A DNA stretch of 64,000 nt from Felis catus (lineage: Eukaryota), in contig NC_058368.1 of NCBI RefSeq assembly GCF_018350175.1, forward strand, positions 77,192,001 to 77,256,000. The letters run 5' to 3'. The notes under the pieces are model-generated. The model searched no databases. It saw only the letters and a program-made list of their open reading frames with translations, and was not told the DNA's origin. Within the stretch, counting starts at the first letter, position 1; the number at the start of each line of letters is the position of its first letter. Of the stretch, positions 49,764 to 61,304 are shown piece by piece. The position numbers and the translations under genes are program-made.

Positions 49764-49982
49764 TAAAATTTAAACACGTTTTTTAAATGTTTATTTATTT
49801 TTGAGAGACAGAGAATGACCAGGAGAGGGGCAGAGAGAGAGAGGGAGACACAGAATCTGAAGCAGGCTCCAGGCTCCGAGCTGTCAACACAGAGCCCAAC
49901 GCGGGGCTTTGAACTCACAAACTAAGAGATCATGACCTGAGCCAAAGTCAACTGCTTAACCCCCTGAGCCACCCAGGCGCCC
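49718..49982 (-). mobile_element. CanSINE with expanded (TTTA)n tail
   Basis: Perfect 16-bp TSD TGAAAGCAGAATTTTA at 49702-49717 and 49983-49998. Confidence 0.96.
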
Positions 49983-52738
49983 TGAAAGCAGAATTTTAGA
50001 CCCTTTGATGGAACCGAAGCAAGACAAACACCACAGTGAATCCTAGAGACCCATGGCATCGTTGTTAAGAGAAAACATTTTGGAATCAGAGAGGTCCACG
50101 TTTGAGCCTTAATTTGGCTTTGATAAGGTGGGCTTCGATAACCTGCACTGTGTCTGGTGTGTGTAGGAAATTTAAAAATCGAGCTTATAACTAGGAGTTC
50201 CTGAATCTAAATGTTTACCTTCGAGAGGTTGAGGTAGTCAGCCCCTTGCACTGGCTTGCAATAACTCCTACTATAGTTATTTCATATAAGCCTGTCACCT
50301 TTGTAACAAGCTGATCCGACTCCGTCATTCCCATCCTAATATTCGGACACCATGGCCTTGTTTCCCTCTTCCCCAAATGTTAAGATCTCACATTCACTAG
50401 TCAGGGTTCGAAAGAGATATTATGAGCATGAGTGGTAACGCACAGCCAACCAGGTGAGCCTTTAGGGGAGTGTGTTAGGCACCCTCGGGATATTTGCAGC
50501 TTTAGGGGTGTTTTTCATCCTCGACTTTGTAAGGGGGCAAATAATTAGCACAGTGCCTCACACCAATATGTACAAATCCGCTCCCACCTGGGAACCCTTA
50601 GATGCTACAAGTAGAGCAAATTAAAACTTCAGGACATTAAAACTCTCCATAAATTTAACCCAAACTTGCAATGCTTCTAATCTGTTCCGTGTTAGGGGGT
50701 GACGGCAGAGTCATCTCGGGCTTTGCTGAGACCTCCTTGCAGGAGTGACGTGAACTTCTTCCAATGGGTTGCCAGGTTTCCCTTCAATTCTTCAGGATCA
50801 GGGTCCCCCTGTCGCTTTTCGGGCCAGGAGACGTGGCTAGCCTCTCCTGTGCTCACCAGGGCCAACTGTCACCTCCTGGCTAGACATCTCGTGGGGATCG
50901 GCCCCATACAGATTTCTAGACAGTATTCTGGCTGTGTCCAACTCTGGTCCCATGAAAATTGGGCGACCTTTTACATCGATCCTTTTACATCCTTACAAGC
51001 CTTCCTTGGTTATTATCGTTAGTGGTGCTATTGGTGAGCGTGACTGGTATTTCTACCATTATAGTTTATCTAAGGAATATGTTTTGAAAGAAGACAGGGG
51101 GCTCTAATGGGGAACCCAAATCCTGAGCCTACCAACCTAGTTGTTCTTGTGGTTAACGGGACCACCGTTCACACTGTTGCCATCAGCCCATTAGTACTGT
51201 TTCCTTACTCGGCTCTGGTATTTCTTCTCTCAAAAAGAATTCTTTTCAGTAGAAGTAGCAGGTAAAAACCTGGATTCTGTCACAAACGCTACACTGGCTT
51301 GGGAAATGCTTCGGCAGCGTGTGACTCTGGGGCCAGGTTCCACCTACGGGCTTAGGGGGAATAGTCACAGTGTCATTAAGTAGTTGCAGCATGAAAGCGA
51401 GGAGGTCGGCCTTCAGCATTGACTTCGTCATACACGGGATGCCCCACGTGGGCGTATCACCCGATCTGTGTGATCCCTGGAAACTCTACTGGAAGCAATA
51501 TTCTTCATCTGTGTAGGTAACTGCAAAGAGAATAACACGTTTGATCCCCTTCCTCCCTTTCTCTGCCTTTCCCGTTACCAAATCCGGTTTGTCTCTGTTC
51601 CAGACTCTTCCTCCACTGTGTCTTCTGATTGTTGTACGTGACGGCAACAAGTTTCCTTCTTGAGACGCTATGTAAATCCATTCTTAGTCTCCAGTTACCA
51701 TCAACTAGTTTCTTCATTCACAACGTGCATCTCATAAATTTCAATTAGAAATAGGCCTAGTCATAAATGTAACTGCTTCTTTATGACTGTTCACATACAT
51801 GCAAATAAATGCAAATACATTTGCTTCTGTAAGTGTGCATTTTACCTAGTGGATTGCATTTCCGGGGAGAATGATGTCACCAAGGTGGCGACATGGGTGG
51901 TTCCTGACTTTGCCCTCCTTCACAAGAACAGCAAACATTTATCCAAGAAGAAGACACTGAAAGAATCCTAGAGCACAGGGGTTAGGCTGAAGCACCCTGC
52001 ATCTCAGGGACCAAGACAGGTTGCCCTGGAAGAGTAAGAGAGGAGGCTGCTTGTGGACCACATCTCCCCTCCCCCAGGGCAGCCCCGTACCACGCGGAGA
52101 CGTCACCGCTGACTCTCCGGTGTTTCCTCCAGTCGGAAAAGAGAACGGGAAGGTGGGCGAGGGGGAAGACGAGCAACTCCTCCCCAGCATTGGGGGTCCC
52201 TTCTTGGATGCCCGTACTCTGATCTTGCATCATGGAGATTACAGGAGGATCTCAGGGCCCAGCCACCGGGAATCTGATTGTGATGGGAAAGGGGGGAGGG
52301 GCTTGCAGCAATCTGCGCACGAATCTGGGGAGACTGAGTTCACAGCTGCAGGGCCCAAGCAGTCATCCCAACCAGCGATTTTGCTCATCTGCAGAACCAC
52401 GTCAGGGACCTATTCAGACCAGAGAACGTGGCCGGGTGCAGATCTGCCTTATTTGGGTCACGAAACAAAGAATCTTGCCGCCCTCAGACCCTTGTTTGTC
52501 TACCTCCGCACAAGGTGCTGAGTCACAGCCCCACCTGCTATGGAGAGTGTCTTCCAACCTCATCTGACCAGAAAGGCCGGTGACAACTCCTGGGTGCTGT
52601 GTGGCCCAGAGGTGCTCAAGTTGAGAGGGGGGCAGGCAGAGCCAATGGTTTGCAGGACACGGCCAGTGGCCCTGTTTGGTCAGTAAGCTCGGGCTGCAGG
52701 TCAGCTTGAGTTAAGACCATAGACCAAGAGCCTTACCT

Positions 52739-52958
52739 TTCTTTTTTTTTTTTAATGTTTATTTATTTTTTAGACAGAGAGAGACAGAGCATGAACAAGG
52801 GAGGGGCAGAGAGAGAGAGGGAGACACAGAATCGGAAGCAGGCTCCAGGCTCTGAGCCATCAGCCCATAGCTCGATGCTGGGCTTGAACCCACAGACCTC
52901 GAGATCGTGACCTGAGCTGAAGTCGTACGCTTAACGGACTGAGCCACCCAGGTGCCCT
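52739..52958 (-). mobile_element. CanSINE (feliform type)
   Basis: TSD GAGCCTTACCT at 52728-52738 and 52959-52969. Confidence 0.96.
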
Positions 52959-54022
52959 GAGCCTTACCTGTTTTAAAGCTGTTTCTCCCTCGGCACCCAG
53001 GCAGGGAATCTAATACGCAGCCCCACTCATCTCTGAATACGGCCGGGGGAGCTCACCAGAGCCTGTAGGATGCTGCATGTCTCAATCAACAGTTCTCTGC
53101 ACATGGCGTTTGAACAGAGAGCTTGTGGCTTCCCCTCTCTGCAGAGCAAAACCAGTACCCTCACCCATCCCGGGAATTCTGTACATACTCAGGCCTGATT
53201 CAGGTCCCCAGACCATGAGCTGTACAGGCCCCGAGTCCTGGCCTCCCTCCCTGTCTGGGCAGGGGAGCTAATTCAGAGGTCCACTTACTACTGAAGATAG
53301 TGCCCAGACCTGACCATCTTGAACGCTTGATCAGAGAATTCATACAACCATGGAGCCCATCCGACAGCCTCACTTGGGTAGAGAACCAAGGCAGTGGTCC
53401 TACCCAACTGCCCTTAGCAGTACACCCCTTATCCCCATCCTGAGAGTTCAAACAGTTGCCTTGGCTCAAATAGACCATAGGAGCAGGCCTGGCCTGCCCA
53501 AAGACATTACCAGCAGAAACACCCAGAAACCCAAAGTGAGCTGAATAGTGAAGAATTGCCTCTGTCAAAGCAAACCTTTAAAGTGTGAAAGAGGGGGGTC
53601 ATTACTCAAGAGCACAGATACCAATGTAGGAATCAAGGATCACAAAAAAATCAGGTAAATATAACACTGGCAAAGGAAACCAATAGAGTTCTAATAACTT
53701 CCCCCCCCCCCCCAAAAATCTATGAACTTCCAGACAAAGAATTGAGAATAATCCTTTTAAGAAACTTAGTGGACTACAAGAAAACACAGGCAACTAAATG
53801 AAATAGGAAAACAGTACATGAACAAAACAAGAAGTTCGACAGGGAAATACCAGCCATTAAACACCACTGTCGTGAACAACCAAAAAGCAGGAAACACTCC
53901 AAAGCTAGTTTTACGAGGCCAGCACTAGCTTGATAGCAAAACCGGAAAAGGGCACTACTCCTACAGGCCAATATCCTTGATGAGTATAGATGAAAAAGTC
54001 CTCATTAAAATACTTGTATACC

Positions 54023-54242
54023 GGGGCGCCTGGGTGGCGCAGTCAGTTAAGCGTCCGACTTCAGCCAGGTCACGATCTCGCGGTCCGGGAGTTCGAGCCC
54101 CGCGTCGGGCTCTGGGCTGATGGCTCAGAGCCTGGAGCCTGTTTCCGTTTCTGTGTCTCCCTCTCTCTCTGCCCCTCGCCCGTTCATGCTCTGTCTCTCT
54201 CTGTCCCAAAAATAAATAAATGTTGAAAAAAAAATTAAAAAA
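54023..54242 (+). mobile_element. Young CanSINE (SINEC_Fc-type) inside the L1
   Basis: Perfect 16-bp TSD AAAATACTTGTATACC at 54007-54022 and 54243-54258. Confidence 0.97.
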
Positions 54243-54259
54243 AAAATACTTGTATACCA

Positions 54260-54463
54260 GGGGTGCCTGGGTGGCTCAGTTGGTTGAGCATCCGACTCTT
54301 GGTTTTGGTTCAGGTCATGGTCTCACGGTTCGTGAGATGAAGCCCCGTGTTGGGCTCTGTGCCGACAGCAGGGAGCCTGCTTGGGATCCTTTCTCTCCCT
54401 CTCGCTCTGCCCTTCTTCTGCTCTCTCTCTCAAAAGAAATAAACAGACTTAAAAAAAATAACA
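54260..54463 (+). mobile_element. Older CanSINE inside the L1
   Basis: GGGGTGCCTGGGTGGCTCAGTTGGTTGAGCATCCGACTCTTGG head. Degenerate 3' TSD TAAAATTCCAGCATACCA. Confidence 0.94.
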
Positions 54464-55691
54464 TAAAATTCCAGCATACCAAATTTTCAGCACATTTAAA
54501 GAATCATTCACCATGATCAAGTGGGATTTATCCCTGGGGCAAAAGGATACTTCGACACAAATCAATCTGCATATCAATCGGTGTGATACATCCCATTAAT
54601 AGAACGAAAGAAAAGAATCTTATCATCATCTCAATAGGTGCAGAAAAAACATTTCACAAAATTCATCAATGATTTATGATAAAAACTCTTAGCAATTTAG
54701 GCATAGAAGCAACATTTCTCAACATGATAAAGGCCATATAGGACAAGCTTATAGCTAACATCATACTCAATGGTGAAAGACTGAAAGCTTCTCCTCTAAG
54801 ATCAGGACCAAAACAAGGGTGCCTGCACTCACCACAACCATTCAACGTAGAACAGGAAGTCCCAGCCAGAGCAATGAGGCAAGAAAAAGAAATAAAAGGA
54901 GTCAGAATTAGAAAGGATGAATTACAATTGTCTTTATTTGCAGATGACATGATTTCCATAGAGAAAATCCTAAAGACAATTAGACCAAGCCAAAAAAACT
55001 ATTAGATCTAACCCATGAACTCTGTAAAGTTGCAAAACAAATAAACAAAAATTAGTCATGTTTCTATGTACTAGCAATAAAATTTCTGACAAAGAAATAA
55101 AAAAATTGATTCTTTTTACCGTAGCACCAAAAACAAAAAAACACTTAGAATTAAATTTAACTAAAGAGGTGAAAGATCTTTATGCTCAAAACCACAAGAC
55201 ACTGGTGAAAGAAATGGAAGAAGATACAAATAAATGGAAAGGCCTTCTGTGTTCATGGACTTGAAGAATTAATGTTGTTGAAATATCAATACTACCAAAG
55301 CCATCTATAGGTTCAATGCACTCCTTATCAACATTCTAATGACATATTTTACAAAAGTAGAAAAACACTCCTAAATTCTCCATGGAACCACAAACGGCCC
55401 CAAATATCCAAAGAAACTGTGAAAAAGAAGAATAATGCAGAAAGTAAAACTCTTCCTAATTTCAAGCTATACTATAAAGCTGTAGTTATCAAAACAGTGT
55501 GGGGCTGGCATGAAAACAGACCAACAGACCAGTGGAACAGAATCAAGAGCCCAGGAATGCACCCAAGCATACATGGTCTGCTGATATTTGACGAGGGAGC
55601 CGAAAATATTGAATGGAGAAAAGATAGTCTCTTCAATAAATGGTGCTGGGGTTTTTGGATGTTCGCATGTAAAAGAGTGAAACTGGCTCCA

Positions 55692-56837
55692 TAATTAAAA
55701 GCAAAAATGAACTATTGGGACCTCATCAAGGTAAAAAGCTTCTGCACTGCAAAGGAAACAATCAATAAAACTAAAAAGCAACCGACGGAATGGGAGAAGA
55801 TATTTGGAAATGACATATAGCATAAAGGGTTAGTATCCAAAATCTATGAAGAACTCACCAAACTCCACACTTGAAAAACAAATAATCCAGTGAAGAAATG
55901 GGCAGAAGACATGAATAGACACTTTCCCAAAGAAGACATCCAGATGGCCAATAGACACATGAAAAGATGCTCAATGTCACTCCTCATCAGGGAAATACAA
56001 TTCAAAACCACACTGAGATACCACTTCACACCAGTCAGAGTGGCTAAAATGAACAACTCAGGGAACAATAGACGCTGGCAAGGATGTGGAGAAACGAGAA
56101 TCCTCTTGCACTGATGGTGGGAATGCAAACTTGTGCAGCTGCTTTGGAAAACAGTGTGGAGGTTCCTCAAAAAATTAAAAATAAACTACTCTCTGACCCA
56201 GCAATAGCACTACTAGGGATTTATCCAAAGAATACAGGAGTGCTGATGCATAGGGGCACATGTACCCCAATGTTTATAGCAGTGCTTTCAACAATAGCCA
56301 AATTATGGAAAAAGGCTAAATGTCCATCAACTGATGAATGGATATAGAAGATGTGGTTTATATATACAATGGAATGCAACTTGGCAATGAGGAAGAATGA
56401 AATCCTGCCATTTGCAGCAACATGGATGGAACTGGAGGGTATTATGCTGAGTGAAATAAGTCAGTCAGAGAAGGACAGATATCATATGTTTTCACTCATA
56501 TGTGGATCTTGAGAAACTTAACAGAAGACCATGGAGGAAAGGAAAGGGGAAAAAATAGTTACAAACAGAGAGGGAGGGAGGCAAACCACAAGAAACTCTT
56601 AAATACAGAGAACAAACTGAGGCTTAATGGCGTGGTGGGGGAGTGGGGTAAGTGGGTGATGGGCATTGAAGAGGGTACTTGTTGGGATGAGCACTGGGTG
56701 TTGTATATAAACAATGAACCACAGGAATCTAGCCCAAAAACCAAGAGCACACATTACACACTGTGGGTTAGCAATTTGACAATAAATTATATTAAAAATA
56801 AAAAATAATAATAATAAAAAATTTTTAATAAAAAAAA
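55692..56837 (+). mobile_element. Younger carnivore-type L1, 5'-truncated (ORF2 C-terminus + 3'UTR + A-tail), nested in the host L1
   Basis: [28 protein letters not shown]...; 3'UTR GATGGGCATTGAAGAGGGTACTTGTTGGGATGAGCACTGGGTGTTGTAT; A-rich tail 56780-56837. The host ORF2 resumes afterwards. Confidence 0.93.
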
Positions 56838-58547
56838 TATTTAAATGTAAGATATGAGACCATGAAATTCCTAGAAGAAAACATAGGAACAGAGCTCCTT
56901 GTTAGGGGTCTTACTAATGAGTTTTTGGACATAATACTTAAAGCATAAGCAACAAAATGAAAAATAAACAAGTAGGACTAAATTAAACTAAAAAGCTACA
57001 CAGAAAAAAAACCATCAACAAAGTGAAAAGACAAACTATGGAATGGAAAAAAATATTTTCAAACCATATATCTGATAAAGGGTTAACAATGAAAACATAT
57101 AAAGAACTTATACAACTCAATAGCAATCACCATCATCATCTAATTAACAATGGGTGAAAGGCCTGAATAGGCATTTCTCCAAAGAAAATATATGACAGAC
57201 CAACAGGTACCTCAAAAGATGCTCAACATCACTAGTAATTAGGGAAATTCAAATTAAAACTTTAATGAGATATCACCTCTTTCCTGTCAGGATGGCAATT
57301 ATCAAAGAGACAAGAGAGAAATTTTGGCACAGGATATGGAAAAAAGAGAACCCTTGTGCCCTATTGGTGGGAATGTAAATTGGTGGAATGTAAATCGGTG
57401 GAAAACAGTATGGAGCTTCCTTAAAAAATTAAAAATAGAACTATTGTATGATCCAGTAATTCCATTTCTGCACATATATCCAAAGGAAAAGAGAACACCA
57501 ATTCAAAAAGATACGTGGACCGCCATGTTTATAGCAGCATTATTTACAATAGCCAGGACATGGAAACAACCTAGGTGCCCAACAGTGGACGAGTGTGTAA
57601 GGAAGTCGTGGTATATATATAAGGGGATATTATTCACCCATGAAAAATGAGGCTATCCTACTATTTACAACAACATGGATGAACTTTGAAGGCATTATGC
57701 TAGGTGAAATAAATCAGACCGAGAAATACAAATACTGTATCATCTCACTTACATGTAGAACCTAAAAAAAAAAAGGGGGTCAGACATTTGGTTATCAGAA
57801 GGGGCAGGGAACGTGTATCCATGTGGGGAGAGGGAGACATTGGAGGAAGGTGGTCCAAAGGTACGAACTTCCAATTGTAAGGAACGTAACATACAGCATG
57901 ACGACTATAGCTTACATGGTATCTGCTTTTCTACGGGAAGCCAAGTGGGTCAGCATGCAGATAGGTCTCTGGCACCTTTTTCATGGGAGATTCATACCAG
58001 GGGCCTTTGCACTCCAACCCCTTTGCCCACAAGTAACTGTATGTCTATATGTCATTGTAGGATATACTTATATAATTACCTCTTCCCAGATCCCGTTCAG
58101 GATTGTAGTTCTTTGAAATATAGATAGGATCAGTTTCTCCCTTTATAGTTACTTTGAAACTTTCTGGGTCATTTGAAAATCTGAGGCAACGTTTTTGTAG
58201 AAAGTATTCATGATTAGCAGATATTTTACCTTCCACTTCAGGGATTTCGGGGATCCTGAAGTCATCCGTGGGTCCAGGTATCTTCTGCTTTAGACGTGGT
58301 AGTCACGTAACACTTTGTCTCCCATTAATGGAAAATGGAAATTTTTTTCTTCTGTCCCCTAGATTCACTCAGAATTCTTCACAATGGACTTTATCTTTGT
58401 GTCCAAGGAAAATAGTTAAGTTCTTATAGTTAATTCCATCTGTGATAAGAAGTATGTTAACGTGTAATGAACAAATGGGGGTTTCTTTCTTTTCTGCCCT
58501 TTTTAGGAACGTTGGGACGATACAATAATGGAAATAAGTGACTGCAT

Positions 58548-58548
<1 letters not shown>

Positions 58549-58581
<33 letters not shown>
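58549..58581. repeat. (CA)n microsatellite
   Basis: Direct reading. Confidence 0.97.
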
Positions 58582-58585
<4 letters not shown>

Positions 58586-60586
58586 CAGCACGGACAGGAA
58601 GCATTAGTAAGACAAAATTGTAATGAGGTAGAGAGTTCCAAATTACACACAATAGTTGGATGCTACATCATATGAAGGGATACGGTAATGGCATTATACA
58701 AAAGTGCGACTTCCTCTTTGAGGGGGGTGTCAAGTTTGAGAAAATGGAGAGTCTGGGGTCAAGTGTCTTTTGTCACAGCATTTCAGTGGTGGTGGCTTCT
58801 CCAGATGTCTCACGGATGTTCCAGTAGCTGTCTGTTCAAATTGGCCACTGTGTTGGGGAAGGAAGGGGGGAGGGACGTCATATTAGAACACTAAGAGGCA
58901 TAAGCTGTGAGAAAGGCATGGTCTGTATGGCTACAACTATATTTACAACCACGAGAACATCCAGGGAAAAACATGGAATGAAAAAGACCGTGAACAGTAG
59001 CAGCCAGTTTCTAGCAAAATAAGTTTAGTCCATTTTGCTCTTAGGATGAGCCTAACTCGTCTCATAAGATCATACTTTGTTCAGCTTAAATTCAAAAGAA
59101 CACTGCCTAGCTTCAGTCCAGAAGCTTCATTCCCCCCCCCCAAAAGATTGGGTTTCCCATTCGGAAAAATAAATTTCTTAGGCACAGTCTTTGAAAGCGT
59201 CCGACTGAAAAGCCTCCCCCATTTGCCGCGAGGCCACAGAGTCCTAGCGAGCACCCCAAGCTGACCCTGGTTCAGACCGCACGCTTGGGAAAGTTTCTTG
59301 GAAAGGGAGGTTCCATCAAGATGCTACATTTCGATCTCACCCCGAGATCGTTTATTTCCCCTCGCACACAGCGAGGCACAGCCCTGCGCTTAACTATTTA
59401 ACCAGCCAAGCCTAAAGCAATTAGGCTCATCTTTTTCTGATGTCCTAGAAGAGATGTTGGATGGATCTCAGCTGCCCTGTGGTGAAGGAAATGTAGTTGC
59501 AGCTGAATACAGATGTTTTTACAGTTGTCCCTTCTGAGTGAAACTCTCCAAACAAACAAAGCTTGGCTTGGCAGCCTTTTTTTTTTTTTTTTTTCACGTT
59601 TATCCTCAGACTAGAAATCATGTCCGTTGATTCTGTTTAATGCACCCTACTGATGAACCCATTTCTTTTAGTCAACGGAGATGCTTTAAAATATTACGGA
59701 TGCGATCCCTATTTCTAAAGATTTCTTCTTCTTTTTGTTGTTGTTATTACTTTCTAACTCTTCAGATTTGCTTTTAAATCTCTTCACTATCTAACTGATG
59801 ACTTTCCTTAAAGAATAGTCTCCTTTTTACAATAATTTCCTTTTCCGTCTGGAAGTGACGGAGGGAGTGAAAAGTCCTTGAAATGAGGTTAGGATATGAG
59901 CTAAAAGTTTCATAAAATTAGAAAACAGGAGCTGAGCTATGCCTTTAGAAAAGAATTTGCAATATGAGGATTTATGTCAACAGGACACCATCACAGGAAG
60001 TCAGGTGACTGTAAGGACAGGTTACATTTCCGCCTTTGGTATTGGTTTGAGAGAACGTTCCCTCTCATGGAAGGACATTGCTCTCAATTGCTATTTATTA
60101 GCCGAGTAGTGATTTCTTTCTTGCGTAAGGTCGAAGGCTAAGCCCAGTGCTCACTCAGAAACATGAGTGAGGTGGGGGTCAGAAAGATAGAAAGATAGAG
60201 ATACAGACGTGGGTTGGGGGGAGGAGAATAGATTGCTTTGATCTGATCATTAGCAGGGAAGGAAGAAAAAAATGATGTCTTCGTCACTTTACGTCACTTT
60301 TTGCCTGTGGGACTGGGTGCTACTTCTGATGCGGTGGAGAGGAGCTGTTTTTTCCTTCAGTGAAACGGTTCAGAAATGAGGGAAGATACAGATGATATAG
60401 CTTTTAATCCCAGTCTCTCCATGAAGAAGACTACAGAATGAACGTACAGGGAGCCATGATTCATCTTGGCTGGACAAAAAGGTGATGGAGGAACACCCCT
60501 GGCCTCTTCCAGACGTGGCCCTGTGTCTACACTGCTCGACTTTGCAGCACTGGGACCAAATGTAGCAGAAGGCACGTTATCATTCA

Positions 60587-60781
60587 TTTTTAAATGTTTA
60601 TTTTTTGAGAGAGAGAGAAAGAGTAGGGGTGGGGCAGAGAGAGAGAGAGGGAGACAGAGGATCCCAAGCAGGCTCTGTGCTAACAGCAGAGAGCCCCATG
60701 CGGGGCTCGAACCCACAAACTGTGGGATCGTGACCTGAGCTGAAGTTGGATGTTTAACCGGCTGAGCCACCCAGGCGCCCC
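60587..60781 (-). mobile_element. CanSINE
   Basis: SINE body ending GAGCCACCCAGGCGCCCC. TCATTTTTA on both sides. Confidence 0.94.
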
Positions 60782-60790
60782 TCATTTTTA

Positions 60791-61020
60791 TTTTTTTCAA
60801 AAAAATTTTTAATGTTTTTTTTATTTTTGAGAGAGAGACAGAGAGACAGGGCACGAGCTGGGGAGGGGCAGAGAGAGAGAGGGAGACATGGAATCCGAAG
60901 CGGGCTCCAGGCTCCGAGCCATCAGCACAGAGCCCGACGCGGGGCTCGAACTCACGAACCGTGAGACTGTGACCTGAGCTGAAATTGGATGCTTAACTGA
61001 CTGAGCCACCCAGGCGCCCC
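60791..61020 (-). mobile_element. CanSINE (feliform type)
   Basis: Full SINE body and T-rich tail. Confidence 0.95.
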
Positions 61021-61070
61021 AGTTTTAGCTGATTTTTAAATTAATCACATAGAGACATTTAAAATGTCTG

Positions 61071-61304
61071 TTTCTTTTTTTTTTTTTTTAATTTTTAAAT
61101 GTTTTATTTATTTTTGATGGAGAGAGAGAGAGATAGAGCTTGAGCGGGGAGGGGCAGAGAGAGAGGGAGACACAGAATCTGAGGCGGGGTCCAGGCTCCG
61201 AGCTGTCAGCACAGAGCCCGACATGGGGCCGGAACCCACGAACTGTGAGATCATGACCTGAGCAGAAGTCGGAGGCTTAACTGACTGAACCACCCAGACA
61301 CCCC
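61071..61304 (-). mobile_element. CanSINE (feliform type)
   Basis: Full SINE body. CATTT(TT)AAAATGTC on both sides. Confidence 0.95.

Larger units (their letters stand above)
53130..57920 (+). mobile_element. Old host LINE-1 (L1M/L1MA-like): probable 5'UTR, ORF1 start, internal deletion, ORF2 RT to C-terminus and 3'UTR; inactive
   Basis: ORF1-like sequence at about 53610-53860. RT motifs YRPISLMSID (about 53962-53991) and LFADDMI (FADD at 54937-54948). LYYKAVVIKTVW..DQWNRI in ORF 55419-55694. 3'UTR GGTCCAAAGGTACGAACTTCC. Many stops and frameshifts. The 5' boundary is uncertain. Confidence 0.9.

Noticed and set aside
55058..57650. ORFs with L1 ORF2 similarity as functional CDS
   Set aside because: Short fragments of decayed L1s broken by stops, frameshifts and insertions.
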